A stretch of DNA of 63,121 nucleotides, filler included, from Olpidium bornovanus S191 (Eukaryota > Fungi > Olpidiomycota), in assembly GCA_017911155.1 (NCBI GenBank). It is 29 parts of 29 records of this genome, joined end to end, with 100 filler letters (N's around TTAATTAATTAA, not from the genome) between each part and the next. Parts side by side here need not be neighbours in the genome. Positions count along the whole stretch, not along the records: positions 61,995 to 63,121 come from JAEFCI010008201.1; 28 more parts are not named here. The stretch is one strand, 5' to 3'. Shown here piece after piece: positions 61,996-63,121 of this stretch (its first letter is position 1; each line of letters begins with the position of its first letter). Position numbers and translations under genes: made by a program. The notes under the pieces are model-generated. The model was not told the DNA's origin. It searched no databases and worked only from the letters and a program-made list of their open reading frames with translations.

Positions 61996-62253
61996 CACTT
62001 TCCGAAAGCGGACAACGCGGCCGATCACGACTTTTTCGCCAACCCCTACAACGTCCAGCGGCCCCGACTGTCCTCCCCGGAGGCCCCTCCCCCAGGCGAC
62101 CTGCCGGTTTTCATGCCCGGCGCCATCGAGCGCATTTTTCACACCCGCGTCGGCGACGGGCCCCGAGATCTCGGCAGCAGCGCGGACGCGTCGCTGTTGG
62201 ACGAGAGCGGCTTCCCGAAGCCGCCTGGCGCATTGAACAATCCGCGAATTTAA
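61996..62253 (+). CDS. C-terminal fragment of a hypothetical protein (HFPKADNAADHDFFANPY..NNPRI*)
   Basis: Open frame from the contig start with coding-like codon usage. Confidence 0.45.
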   Translation, partial: HFPKADNAADHDFFANPYNVQRPRLSSPEAPPPGDLPVFMPGAIERIFHTRVGDGPRDLGSSADASLLDESGFPKPPGALNNPRI

Positions 62254-63121
62254 CGCCCCGCTTTGACCATCAATCGGAAGGAAAACACCCTTGGGTCAGG
62301 TGGACCACCCCACGCGGCCACGCACGCGGGCGTTCTCGCCCGAATTGCCAACGCGACGGTGGCGCGTTGTTGAGTTTAGCTGCGGGTTTTCTCGGTCTGC
62401 CCCTCGGTACGAAAGCGAAGCCCAACCAAAAGTGGCGGAAACGAAAAACCCGCACACGTCAGGGCGAACGCACGGCGGGCTCGAGAGCGGGGTTGCAATT
62501 TTCCGCGCCTGGCAAGCAAGCGCGGTCGAAAACGGCGGCCGTCGTTAACGAAAAAAAAAAATGCCCCTGGCTTTTTTTTACATAATTTTGCAGCTCCCCG
62601 ACTTTTTTGAGTCGGCGGCGGCGAGAGAACGATTCGCTGCCGGTTCGGACGCCCGCTGCCTTGCTGCAAAAACGTAGGCGCGCCACTTGCGTGGTGGTGA
62701 CGGAGGACGGGGGCCCCCAGGTCAGGCGATATAATACGAGGGAGGGTGGGGGGGGTTGCCCGGGAAGGGGATAAACCCGTGCTAAGCCTGTACGATTTCG
62801 ACGGCACTGCCCAAGAGTCACTGGGTGATGTCGCGGCAGCCCCTGGAAGATCCGGAAGCGCCCGCGGCAGGTGCTTCAACCGCCGCGATGATCTTCTCTG
62901 CCTCTATCCTTGACTGCGCAGTGACGGTTCGGTGGCCGCGCTCCGCAGGGCGCGTATATGGACGGTGCTGTGTTTTGCCGCACGGCGAAAGCCGCTGACA
63001 AGACTTTGGGGGGGGGAAGGGGGAGGGAGGGGGGGGGGGGGGGGGGGTCCTCCTGCCGCGCCCGCTGGGGCGGGGGTTGTTCCCAAATCTGGGCCGGTTT
63101 CCTTCTTTTTTTTTTTTTTCC

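Overview
This window is not continuous DNA. It is 29 short contigs (about 1.0-4.6 kb) joined by 28 artificial 100-bp spacers (44 N + TTAATTAATTAA + 44 N). The sequence is eukaryotic, GC-rich and intron-rich, with very long homopolymer tracts. Gene content points to an early-diverging flagellated (zoosporic) fungus; Olpidium-like is my guess, not a demonstrated result. Recognisable, mostly truncated, spliced genes are TAF1, PEX11, ARP1, a KIF9-type kinesin, an ABCA transporter, LCB2, a LIM protein, an STI1-domain protein, a complete PLDc_N-type small membrane protein, a PPR-like protein, a secreted protein and several hypotheticals. There are two tRNA genes (Gln-UUG, Pro-CGG) and many Ty1/copia and Ty3/gypsy remnants, plus a MITE-like element. 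The most striking observations are: (1) a bacterial Pseudomonas-type rsmE 16S rRNA methyltransferase with an intronless coding region, embedded among eukaryotic genes; (2) both tRNA genes carry the same C1:C72 acceptor-stem mismatch preceded by G, which suggests possible 5' editing or repair of nuclear tRNAs; (3) a copia integrase resembling the plant Bianca lineage. All family assignments come from recalled motifs; no database search was run.
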